From the NCBI GenBank assembly GCA_040388515.1, contig JAZKBQ010000004.1:182382-246381 (forward strand): 64,000 bases of DNA, given 5' to 3'. The stretch is from Pseudomonadota bacterium. Its GTDB lineage: Bacteria > Pseudomonadota > Alphaproteobacteria > Sphingomonadales > Sphingomonadaceae. The notes beneath the pieces were generated by a model, which was not told the DNA's origin, ran no database searches, and saw only the letters and a list, made by a program, of their open reading frames with translations. This document shows, in pieces, positions 47,617-55,459 of the stretch. The translations under genes were made by a program, and so were the position numbers. Every line of letters starts with the position of its first letter. Position 1 is the first letter of the stretch.

Positions 47617-48266
47617 CAGTTGAACCGCACGTCCTGGTTGTAGACGCCTCCACCGCCATAACCGCCGGGCGTCGGCGTATTATTCGTCAGTGGGTTGCCC
47701 GAGGTGCCATTAGCGATCGCGATCGCAACCGTCGCGCTCAGATCATCCGGATCGAAACGCGTCTGGTCGAGGTAGCTGGCGTTCGACGCCTGCGAAAACG
47801 CGGAAAGGTAATGCTCGATCTTCACACTTATCGTCGAGGAATCGGGCGCCGGCTTGATTGGCATCGCCGTCATGTAGCCGGTGTACCAAGGGTCGAACGC
47901 GCCCTGCTGGACGTTCGCCGAGTTCCGCACGATGCGCCATAGCCGCCCGACGCGGCCCTGCCAGTTCGCAGGGTCTCCGATTAGCGCGAGGAGGTCGGCG
48001 TCAAGCGTGGGCAGCCCCGATAGCCTGACGGTCACGGTTTCGCTGCCGCCCTTCGCCTGTTTGACGCGTCCAACATCCACAAACTGGGCGGAGATGCCGC
48101 TGAACAGGTGGTCGTCGAGATCAGGGTCGCCAGTGCCGGTCGGGGTCCGGTCGGCGCCGGACGTGTTCACGCGCAGCGCACCACCGGCGATGTCGAGGAA
48201 TCCGAACCAGACCGGCTTAATGACTGTTTGCGAAAGCTGGGCCGATGCCGTTGCGTCGAGGGTCAT
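47616..48266 (-). CDS. Minor tail protein (lambda L / GTA g13 position)
   Basis: 216-aa ORF with overlapping start and stop codons in the tail-tip block. Confidence 0.55.
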   Translation of the reverse strand: MTLDATASAQLSQTVIKPVWFGFLDIAGGALRVNTSGADRTPTGTGDPDLDDHLFSGISAQFVDVGRVKQAKGGSETVTVRLSGLPTLDADLLALIGDPANWQGRVGRLWRIVRNSANVQQGAFDPWYTGYMTAMPIKPAPDSSTISVKIEHYLSAFSQASNASYLDQTRFDPDDLSATVAIAIANGTSGNPLTNNTPTPGGYGGGGVYNQDVRFN

Positions 48267-49327
48267 AGCGCTTCCTCGAAGTCCAACACGATCGAGGTCA
48301 CCCCTCCCGACGTTCGCCAGCCTTGACGACGATCGACGAAATTCATGCGGCTGAATGGCCTGACGAGTTCGACCGTACTCGCCGTTATGGGCACCTCTCC
48401 CAGTGCCGGCTCGACACTGAAATTGCAGAGCCCGCCGCTGCCAGGGAAGTTGTCAGCGGAAAGCGTTACCAATCGGCGATGGCCTGACGGGAGCAGGAAA
48501 GTCGCGAATTGACCTTCATGCATGAATGGCATTGCTAGCGGGGGCGTGTTCTCGACGAGTGCCGCATAGCTATTACTCGAGCCGGTTGCGACCTGTGGCA
48601 ACTGAGCGAACGCGACCTTGGCGACCTGCGCTCCCACCGAAAAAATGTTAGCAACTCCATAAAGCGCTTCGTTCGGAGCATCGACAGGATGGCTGTAAAT
48701 TTCGAGGCCGTTGCGCAGATAGTAGACAATGCCTGCACTGCGGCGAACAGCCAGGCGATCGCCCAGCTTCCACCGGCCAAACCTGCCCACGAGAACGCCG
48801 TTCCGGTAAATTTGGATGGTCTGGATATTGTCCTGAAATATCCAGTACGAGACTACCGCAAAATCACTCGATGCCGTCGGATTGGTGTCCAGCCCGACGC
48901 CCACAGACGTGTTTGCCGTGACTTCGTATGAAACTTCGACGCTGTCCGAATACGCGGCTGTCGATCGGGCGCTGGCATTCCATGCCGCGCCCCCGCCCGA
49001 CTTAGTCACCGTCGATCCCGAAACCGCCGTGTTATTGACGTTCAGCATCAGCGAATAAGGCGTCGTATCGATCTGGAACTGCATGACAGGCACGTCGCAC
49101 ACGTTCTCGACGCCGCGCATTTTCATCATGAACGCCCGCCATTCGCGTTCGTCGAGTTCGGTCGCGAGACTTTCGACCGTCGCCTTGGCGGTCCATATCT
49201 CTGCCCCAGGCAGGCCAACGACCTTCCTCCGCGAAGTGAACGCGCTGCGGTTGACCTGCGCGGGCACGTCGAGCGCCCACTCCACATCGATAAACTCGAA
49301 ACCTGCGGGGAGGGGAATGACAGCCAT
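48263..49327 (-). CDS. Distal tail protein with inserted SPRY/lectin-like domain
   Basis: 354 aa, immediately after the tape measure gene. Central segment ...IQIYRNGVLVGRFGRWKLGDRLAVRRSAGIVYYLRNG resembles SPRY. Confidence 0.55.
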   Translation of the reverse strand: MAVIPLPAGFEFIDVEWALDVPAQVNRSAFTSRRKVVGLPGAEIWTAKATVESLATELDEREWRAFMMKMRGVENVCDVPVMQFQIDTTPYSLMLNVNNTAVSGSTVTKSGGGAAWNASARSTAAYSDSVEVSYEVTANTSVGVGLDTNPTASSDFAVVSYWIFQDNIQTIQIYRNGVLVGRFGRWKLGDRLAVRRSAGIVYYLRNGLEIYSHPVDAPNEALYGVANIFSVGAQVAKVAFAQLPQVATGSSNSYAALVENTPPLAMPFMHEGQFATFLLPSGHRRLVTLSADNFPGSGGLCNFSVEPALGEVPITASTVELVRPFSRMNFVDRRQGWRTSGGVTSIVLDFEEAL

Positions 49328-51708
49328 CAGATGGTGAACCGGTTTGCGTTGATGAGCGTCTGCTGTTCGGCAGCGTCAATGATGCTGGGAGCACCGGCGC
49401 GGAGCACCTCGACAGCCACCGGCCCCGACGTGCGCACGATGCGGGCATCGATGTCGTCGGACAGCATCAGGCTGACAGTAACGGCGCCCTGCGCAGCGGC
49501 GGCGGGCTGGGCGGCTGCTGCGTTGACCTGGCCGAGCGGGATGACCTGCCCCCCCTGTGATCCCATGCGGAGAAGTTCGACACCGGCACCTCGATGTTCG
49601 TTGACGCGGACTGTCTGCCCTGGGCCAACGTATCCGCCGGAAGCGCGACCGAAGATGCCGCCTCCGATATTGTTGATCACGCGACCGATGCTGCCGAAGA
49701 TGTCGCCGCCGCCGCCGCTGTCCCCTCCGCCGAGTAAGGTTGCGAGCGGCTTGATGATGGTCTGCTGGATCGCGATGCGAAGCAGATCGGCAACGATCTG
49801 ATTTGCCACATTCTTGAAGACGTCGCCGAGATCCTTGCTGTTCGCGATCGCGTCGGCGAGACCGTCGTTCAGAGAGCGGAGGCCGTCGACTGCGACATTC
49901 TGCAAAGCCTCATTGATCTCCTCGGCCGTGCGGGGGATGTCGTCGATGAACTTGCCCAACGGACCTTGGTTGCGCTTCTCCGCTGCGCGCTGTTGTGCAT
50001 TGCCCTGGGCGCCCAGCGCGTCGATCTGGTCCTGAATGGCCTTCTTGCGCTGCAGGTCCTTTTCGTCGGCGAGCTGCAACTGCAGAGCGATCTTTTTCCG
50101 CTCGATGGCGATCGCGATGAGGGACGTCTCGATATCCAGCCGCTCCTTAGCGGTGCGCGCGAAGTCCAGCTGGCTGCGCAAGTGCTCCTCGTCGATGTCG
50201 AGAGCCACATTAGCGATGTCGGCGACGCGCTTGCGCTGCTCGCTTTCGAGGCGCTGCTGCACGACCGCAGCCCGCGCCGCCGCCACCTTGTCGTTCTCGG
50301 CGATCAGCTGCGCCTTGCGTGCCGAGTCCAGCCCCTTGAAGTGTTGCGCATCGTTGTTCGCCGCCTGGCGCTCGACCTCGATCGCTGCCAATTCGGCCTT
50401 GGCTCGGTCATCAATAGTGCCCGACAGATCGGCCATCGAACGCAGGATCTCGATCTGAGCGCGTGCCATCTCGTCGTTGAAGTGCCGCGTGATCTGCTCG
50501 AGGTCCGGGCCTTTGGGGCCCTTGGGTCCTGCAACCGGCGTGATCCCGCTGCTATCACGCGGTGCGGCTGTGTCGGATGGCCTCGACAGGGCAGCGGCGC
50601 CCTGCAGCATCTCGCGGCCGGTGCGCAGCTTTGCTGTGGCTTCGTTCAGGCGCTTTGTCAGGAACTGGGGAACAGCGCTCTGGCCGGTCGGATCGATGCG
50701 AAGGGCGGCCTGCAGACTGGCACGCAGCTTCTCGACGCGGGGCCGCTGCTGCTTGATGAGGTCGGCACCGAGTTGAGCCTGACCGGCAGGCGTCGCCGCC
50801 TTGATCAGATCATTGCCGTCGAACGTGCCGAGCGCGGAGATGAACCCCTTCGAGCGCGCGATGTTGGCGAACCCGAGGAATTGCTGACCGGCTTTGATGG
50901 CATATTCGGCGACCTTGGCGAGCGCTTCCGCCAACTGTCCGATCGCCTGCGCATTACTGGACACGACGTCTGCCAGCCGCGCCTCAAGTGCCTTGTTCAA
51001 ACGCTCGATCTTGTTCGCCACCTGGTCGGCGTTGTTGATCTTGCCATCGGACAGGATGAGGCCGAACGCCGCCGCTTCCTGCGCCTGTTTCCGATATGCT
51101 TCTGCACCTGCGATGAGCGTAGGCAGGATGGCCGTCGCCGAACCTTTGAACAGATCCGTCGCGCGCGAGGCCTGCTGCGCCGGATCCTTGATTGCGGCGA
51201 TCGCGTCGGCGACCTTCAGGAAACGATCGGTCTCGCTCGACCGCTTCAGATCCTCGAGGCTGAGCTTCAGGTTCGTGACCGCCGCAACGGCGCTCTTGCT
51301 CTTGCCGTTGAACGCATCGCCCAACGACTTCGAGAATGCCGCAAGCGCCCCATCGGCTTCCTTGACGGTCGCTCCGTTTGAGGTTGCGGCGTAGCGAAAC
51401 TCCTGCAGGAACTTCGTCGTGACGCCGAGGCTCTTGGCAACGTTTCCGAGCGAAGCAGCATAATCGAGACCCGCCTTGGTCGACGCGACCAGGCTGGCGA
51501 CGACGGCACCGATGCCGGCCACGGCGAGCGCGGAAGCGGCCACGGTAACGGTGCGCAGTGCCGTCCCGATGTTCTTGGCCATCCGGTCGGCGGAATCACT
51601 CATGCGCCGGAAACCGGCGTCGCTTTTGTTCACCGAATCGGCAATGCGCCGGTTGTATTCGACGTTCTCCGCGATCAGCTGCAGGATGACGGGATCGATC
51701 TGGCCCAT
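49327..51708 (-). CDS. Tail tape measure protein
   Basis: 793 aa, Ala/Gln-rich helical protein with a C-terminal Gly-rich segment. Follows the chaperone frameshift pair. Confidence 0.85.
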   Translation of the reverse strand: MGQIDPVILQLIAENVEYNRRIADSVNKSDAGFRRMSDSADRMAKNIGTALRTVTVAASALAVAGIGAVVASLVASTKAGLDYAASLGNVAKSLGVTTKFLQEFRYAATSNGATVKEADGALAAFSKSLGDAFNGKSKSAVAAVTNLKLSLEDLKRSSETDRFLKVADAIAAIKDPAQQASRATDLFKGSATAILPTLIAGAEAYRKQAQEAAAFGLILSDGKINNADQVANKIERLNKALEARLADVVSSNAQAIGQLAEALAKVAEYAIKAGQQFLGFANIARSKGFISALGTFDGNDLIKAATPAGQAQLGADLIKQQRPRVEKLRASLQAALRIDPTGQSAVPQFLTKRLNEATAKLRTGREMLQGAAALSRPSDTAAPRDSSGITPVAGPKGPKGPDLEQITRHFNDEMARAQIEILRSMADLSGTIDDRAKAELAAIEVERQAANNDAQHFKGLDSARKAQLIAENDKVAAARAAVVQQRLESEQRKRVADIANVALDIDEEHLRSQLDFARTAKERLDIETSLIAIAIERKKIALQLQLADEKDLQRKKAIQDQIDALGAQGNAQQRAAEKRNQGPLGKFIDDIPRTAEEINEALQNVAVDGLRSLNDGLADAIANSKDLGDVFKNVANQIVADLLRIAIQQTIIKPLATLLGGGDSGGGGDIFGSIGRVINNIGGGIFGRASGGYVGPGQTVRVNEHRGAGVELLRMGSQGGQVIPLGQVNAAAAQPAAAAQGAVTVSLMLSDDIDARIVRTSGPVAVEVLRAGAPSIIDAAEQQTLINANRFTI

Positions 51709-52315
51709 TAGCTACGCGCCGCCATGAACCGTCGAAGCTCATCAGAGACCTCGACCTTGCGCTTGCCTTCGCCGTCCGGCTTCGGCTGTGCATCGTTATG
51801 TGCGATCAGGGCCTCGACATAATCGCTGAGCGATGCCGACCGCCAGTCGAGACCCAGCACGCCGCAGTTCGCGATCACTTGGCCTTTGCGGAAGGGCTCG
51901 ACCTTCGCCGGCCTGTCATCACTTTTTTTTTAGGATCTACACGCACGCCCATCACGGCGGCGTCGAGAATTGCCCAGGCAACCGGCAGGATCTCGGCAAT
52001 CGGTCGGCCGTGAACGTAGGTCTCGACGATGCGGGTCGCATCTAGCGGCGACACGGTGACCTTCACCTTGTCGACCATGCCTTCACCACCGCCGATCAGA
52101 CCGTGCCGGATGACGGACGCGATGTCCTTCATTCGCGCTTCGCCGCCACCCATGAAGATCGGATCGCCATCGGCGACAATGCCGAGCGATGCCCCGAACT
52201 CATGATGCATCTTGAGGATCGAGCGATCGTTGCCCTCGATCGACAGGATTTGCGGCATATTCAGGTGAAAGCGGTACTTACCGTCGCCGAAAAGCCGTTC
52301 GATCGCGGTATCCAC
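51708..52315 (-). CDS. Tail assembly chaperone, -1 frameshift (GT-like) product
   Basis: A -1 slip on the A9 run continues SDDRPAKVEPFRKGQVIANCGVLGLDWRSASLSDYVEALIAHND...FMAARS. It stops at a TAA overlapping the tape-measure ATG (TAATG). Confidence 0.65.
51875..52315 (-). CDS. Tail assembly chaperone (G-like, GTA g10-like)
   Basis: 146 aa, between the major tail and tape measure genes. Confidence 0.7.
   Translation of the reverse strand: MDTAIERLFGDGKYRFHLNMPQILSIEGNDRSILKMHHEFGASLGIVADGDPIFMGGGEARMKDIASVIRHGLIGGGEGMVDKVKVTVSPLDATRIVETYVHGRPIAEILPVAWAILDAAVMGVRVDPKKKVMTGRRRSSPSAKAK
51923..51931 (-). other. Programmed -1 ribosomal frameshift slippery run (A9 on the coding strand)
   Basis: CCT AAA AAA AAA GTG near the 3' end of the chaperone ORF. 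The -1 frame stays open to the tape-measure start. Confidence 0.65.
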
Positions 52316-52327
52316 GACGAGGCTCCT

Positions 52328-52774
52328 TTACGGGTTTGGCGTCCAAGTCGGAAAGTTCTCGCCGTCCATCGTGATCTCGCCAGTGCCTTCGCTTTGCGAG
52401 AACGACATGTTGTTGGTCGTGAGAACAAGCGGGCCCGAATACGTGCCGAGCAGCAGGCCGGCGTCGGTACCGTCACGTTTGCAGCAGATGATCTTGTAAT
52501 TCTTTGAAATGCCCAGTGCCGCGTCGAGCGTGGGGACCATGGCAGCGTTGAATACGCCGTTCGCGGTCACGCCCCACGTCTTGCCCGTGACCTTGACCTT
52601 ACCCGTCGGAACCTGACCGGGCTTGGCGCAGTCGCGGCGAAACTGCTTCGTCGACTCGACCCCTTTGTTCACTTGGCCGTTTTCAAATCCGCAGAGAACG
52701 GTGAACACCTCAGTCGGCGTGGCGCCATCCCCGATGAGGATTTGACCGAAGTCGATTTCTGTCGGGTAGCTCAT
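52328..52774 (-). CDS. Major tail (tube) protein, TP901-1/GTA-like
   Basis: 148 aa, upstream of the chaperone pair. Confidence 0.7.
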   Translation of the reverse strand: MSYPTEIDFGQILIGDGATPTEVFTVLCGFENGQVNKGVESTKQFRRDCAKPGQVPTGKVKVTGKTWGVTANGVFNAAMVPTLDAALGISKNYKIICCKRDGTDAGLLLGTYSGPLVLTTNNMSFSQSEGTGEITMDGENFPTWTPNP

Positions 52775-52831
52775 GCCGGTCTCCGCGAAGCAATTTCGCG
52801 GTCGGCAGGTACCGGTTGCGTTTTCTTATTC

Positions 52832-52844
52832 TTAGCGCCGTCAG
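52832..52844 (-). promoter_or_regulatory. Late-region 13-nt motif copy 3
   Basis: Exact CTGACGGCGCTAA. Its TGA is the stop codon of the 52841 gene. It lies 70 nt before the ATG at 52774. Confidence 0.7.
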
Positions 52845-53146
52845 AATGAACCGCTCGACAGCGCAGCGTCATCGGCGGTGCGCCGCGCCTCGGCCAGGGC
52901 GTTCTCGCGTTCGAAGAGACGGTGGAATGCGCTCGCCAAAAAGTGGAACGGCAGGATTGCACCGATGCTCGCACCCCCACTTGCGATTAGGCCAACGAGT
53001 AGCCCCATGCCGTCCGGCCCGGTTGCATATTCGGCAGTGATCATGACGTTGCGCACCATGCTCACGAGGACATAGGCGGAAATGCAGCTGGCGATGATGG
53101 TGCAGATGTCGGCCAGCGTTGCCAGCACCAGAAACACGTTCCTCAT
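52841..53146 (-). CDS. Small integral membrane protein (moron in the tail operon)
   Basis: Trimmed to MRNVFLVLATLADICTIIASCISAYVLV (AGGGGG RBS). 2-3 TM helices. Confidence 0.55.
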   Translation of the reverse strand: MRNVFLVLATLADICTIIASCISAYVLVSMVRNVMITAEYATGPDGMGLLVGLIASGGASIGAILPFHFLASAFHRLFERENALAEARRTADDAALSSGSF

Positions 53147-53159
53147 CGAGCCCCCTGAA

Positions 53160-53483
53160 TTACTGCGATGCGCAGATGCCAGTAAAATCCCCGTGCGCAC
53201 CGGTGATCGTCAAGCGATTACTTCTTCGGTCGAACAGCAGGTTGGCGTTCGCCATCAGGTTGGCCGGGATTTTGCCGGTGATAGCGTCGGGTGTCGCCTT
53301 TGCCTTGCGCAACTGAAACCATCCATCTTTGCCGCCATGGACCGTCGGCAGGACGTGCCGCGGCGGCTTCACCTCAACGCCGACCTCTGACATGCGCAAC
53401 TGCGCAGGATCGGGCCGTCGCGCGTCGTCGCTCGGGCAAGTCAGCAGCGTTGAAGCTGCGGCCATCAGAATCGCAGTGGTCAT
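53160..53483 (-). CDS. Lipoprotein (moron in the tail operon)
   Basis: Trimmed to MTTAILMAAASTLLTC (lipobox LLTC). ATGA overlap with the upstream gene. Confidence 0.55.
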   Translation of the reverse strand: MTTAILMAAASTLLTCPSDDARRPDPAQLRMSEVGVEVKPPRHVLPTVHGGKDGWFQLRKAKATPDAITGKIPANLMANANLLFDRRSNRLTITGAHGDFTGICASQ

Positions 53484-53710
53484 CGATGTGGGTCTGGCAC
53501 GATCGCGAGATGCGGTCGAGGGGCGGGCTTCTGCGGCAGGTCTTCGGCGTCGACCTCGATCAGGCACGCACCGACGAAACCAGCGGCTTCTAGCTCGCCA
53601 TCGGCCATCAGTGATTCGTGCATTGCCTTCGCATCGATCGCGCCTTGGCGGATCAACTCCTTGATCAGGGCATGCAGGGTGGCGTCGAGCATCGGTGCCC
53701 GACGTAACAC
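53480..53710 (-). CDS. Small hypothetical protein
   Basis: 76-aa ORF (alternative start at M7). Confidence 0.45.
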   Translation of the reverse strand: MLRRAPMLDATLHALIKELIRQGAIDAKAMHESLMADGELEAAGFVGACLIEVDAEDLPQKPAPRPHLAIVPDPHR

Positions 53711-53717
53711 GGAGCGA

Positions 53718-54155
53718 TCAGGCCGTCACCTTCGCGCGCACGGTGCAGAAATAATGGAACGCGTCAGGCTCACCGGCATCGGTCATCAACGTCATGTCGG
53801 TGAGCATGTATGAGATCTGCGCGCCGGTTATCGTGTCGCCCTTGGCGTCGAGGGCGGTCTCGATTGCTTCGCCGATCCGGCCGGCATGATCTTCGGCGGT
53901 TTCGACCTCGGCCTGGTTGCCGTCGAATCGCGATCGCGCGAACGCGTGAACCGGCATTGTCACGATGGCGCCGTCGAGGCAGGCGGCGCGGCGCGGGATC
54001 GTCGTCGGCTGGCCGGTCTTGATGAACGGCCAGGTCGGTTTGACGGGAGGTGACTGCCCGTGAATGTTGTTCGCATTCACGAGCGCCGTCACCCCCGCGG
54101 CGCCTTTAAGCCTTGTCAGCAGCGCCCGCCGAACCTGCCTTTGCAGCCCCTTCAC
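53718..54155 (-). CDS. Tail completion/terminator-like protein (DUF3168-like)
   Basis: 145 aa, GTG start. Position follows the gp10-like adaptor. Confidence 0.55.
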   Translation of the reverse strand: MKGLQRQVRRALLTRLKGAAGVTALVNANNIHGQSPPVKPTWPFIKTGQPTTIPRRAACLDGAIVTMPVHAFARSRFDGNQAEVETAEDHAGRIGEAIETALDAKGDTITGAQISYMLTDMTLMTDAGEPDAFHYFCTVRAKVTA

Positions 54156-54285
54156 GCGATTCGCCCTTCACGACGCCGGCCGCCTTCGCGTCCTCCAATC
54201 GCTCGGGCGGAATCTCGGTCCCGGCCTTGAACGCCGTGATCTTCTCGCCGCTGCGATAGTCCCAATCCTTTGAAAACACCGACAT
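54106..54285 (-). CDS. Possible 59-aa ORF
   Basis: My translation is MSVFSKDWDYRSGEKITAFKAGTEIPPERLEDAKAAGVVKGESREGAAKAGSAGAADKA. It fills the gap after the gp10-like gene but overlaps the next gene by 50 nt. Confidence 0.3.
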   Translation of the reverse strand: MSVFSKDWDYRSGEKITAFKAGTEIPPERLEDAKAAGVVKGESREGAAKAGSAGAADKA

Positions 54286-54288
54286 GCT

Positions 54289-54714
54289 TCATCCTTTCAC
54301 CACATGGTTCACTGCTTGGGTAACGAGTTCCTGAACGGCCGCGCGCTCGGCGTCGCGCGCTGGAACCATATACGGGCGAGCCGCCATCTTCGACGATCCG
54401 AACTCAAGCGGCGCAGCATACGGCGCGTTGCTCGATATCTCGGCGACGAGCGGCTCTTTCAGCACGGCCTCGATGTTGTTCTTCAGCACGCCGGTGTCGT
54501 TGTTCGGTGGCTCGCCGGGATTGGATGGCACGTGGTTCTTGCCGCTGACCGATCCCTCAGTGATCAGGTACTGCGCTTTCGCCTTGATGCGATCGGCACC
54601 GGCGTACAGCGCTGCACCGATCTGGCGCGTCGCCTCCGGCGACGTCAGCCGCTTGAGCCGCGCGATATGTTCAGCTGCGCCACGCATCGCCATCAGACCT
54701 TCCGCCCGCGACAT
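54289..54714 (-). CDS. HK97 gp10-family head-tail adaptor
   Basis: 141 aa. NAPYAAPLEFGSSKMAARPYMVPA matches the gp10 family motif. Confidence 0.7.
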   Translation of the reverse strand: MSRAEGLMAMRGAAEHIARLKRLTSPEATRQIGAALYAGADRIKAKAQYLITEGSVSGKNHVPSNPGEPPNNDTGVLKNNIEAVLKEPLVAEISSNAPYAAPLEFGSSKMAARPYMVPARDAERAAVQELVTQAVNHVVKG

Positions 54715-55058
54715 TCAAACCCGATGCCCGCGGGATCCTGATCGACGCTACGGATCGACCAGGTGCCGGCGTGCGGGCCGGACGCGACGATGATTCGCGC
54801 CTGCTGGTCGATGGGGCGGGTGAGACCGTCAGCCAGTACGATGATCCGCACGTCGGTGTCGACGAAGTCATCACTCGAGCGCATGGCATCGGTCACGCGG
54901 TCGAACTGGACCCGGCACGCCACGTTCTGCGCCACGCCCGGCGCGGTGATCGAGCCACCTGCGTCCCTCGTGGCGGTACCGGGCCAAGTCGCGACCGCGG
55001 GGCCGTACAGGCCGGGCACAAGGCTCGCAGCGCCGGCGAACATGGCCGCGAAATTCAT
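54693..55058 (-). CDS. Head-tail joining protein
   Basis: 121-aa ORF between the DUF4054-like and gp10-like genes. Confidence 0.5.
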   Translation of the reverse strand: MNFAAMFAGAASLVPGLYGPAVATWPGTATRDAGGSITAPGVAQNVACRVQFDRVTDAMRSSDDFVDTDVRIIVLADGLTRPIDQQARIIVASGPHAGTWSIRSVDQDPAGIGFECRGRKV

Positions 55059-55411
55059 CAGTACACCCGTGGGCCGCTGAACGCCTGTGCGCGCAGCGCG
55101 GCGAACTCACGGCCATAGCTGGTCGCCTGCAGGCCAGTGCGCGATGCAGCGGCGTCGGACAGGGTGGCCGAGAACGCGCCCGAGCGGAAACTCGACACAC
55201 CCTCGGCGACGGTCTCACCCGCCGCGCCGCTCGCGGTGATCATGTGGGCGGCATAGGTCAGCTGGGCGCGCTGGCGGATGTTGTCCGGCCAGTTATCGCC
55301 CGCGACCGTCATCGCCTCGTCTAGCCAATAGTTCACCGTGTCGTCGGACACCGTCGCCATCGCCGGATAGCGGAGGCGGAACGCTGCCAGCAGTTCAGGG
55401 GGGACGGCCAT
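55058..55411 (-). CDS. DUF4054-like head-tail connector protein
   Basis: Trimmed to MAVPPELLAAFRLRYPAMATVSDDTVNYWL. Confidence 0.55.
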   Translation of the reverse strand: MAVPPELLAAFRLRYPAMATVSDDTVNYWLDEAMTVAGDNWPDNIRQRAQLTYAAHMITASGAAGETVAEGVSSFRSGAFSATLSDAAASRTGLQATSYGREFAALRAQAFSGPRVY

Positions 55412-55446
55412 GGGGCAGGACGGATATGCGCGCAGGGGATGCGCGG

Positions 55447-55459
55447 TTAGCGCCGTCAG
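55447..55459 (-). promoter_or_regulatory. Late-region 13-nt motif copy 4
   Basis: Exact CTGACGGCGCTAA. Its TGA is the terL stop codon. It lies 48 nt before the ATG at 55411. Confidence 0.7.

Noticed and set aside
51923-51931. T9/A9 homopolymer as a sequencing error or frameshift pseudogene
   Set aside because: The -1 frame remains open exactly to the tape-measure start and encodes a chaperone-like extension. This is the conserved programmed frameshift of tail assembly chaperones.
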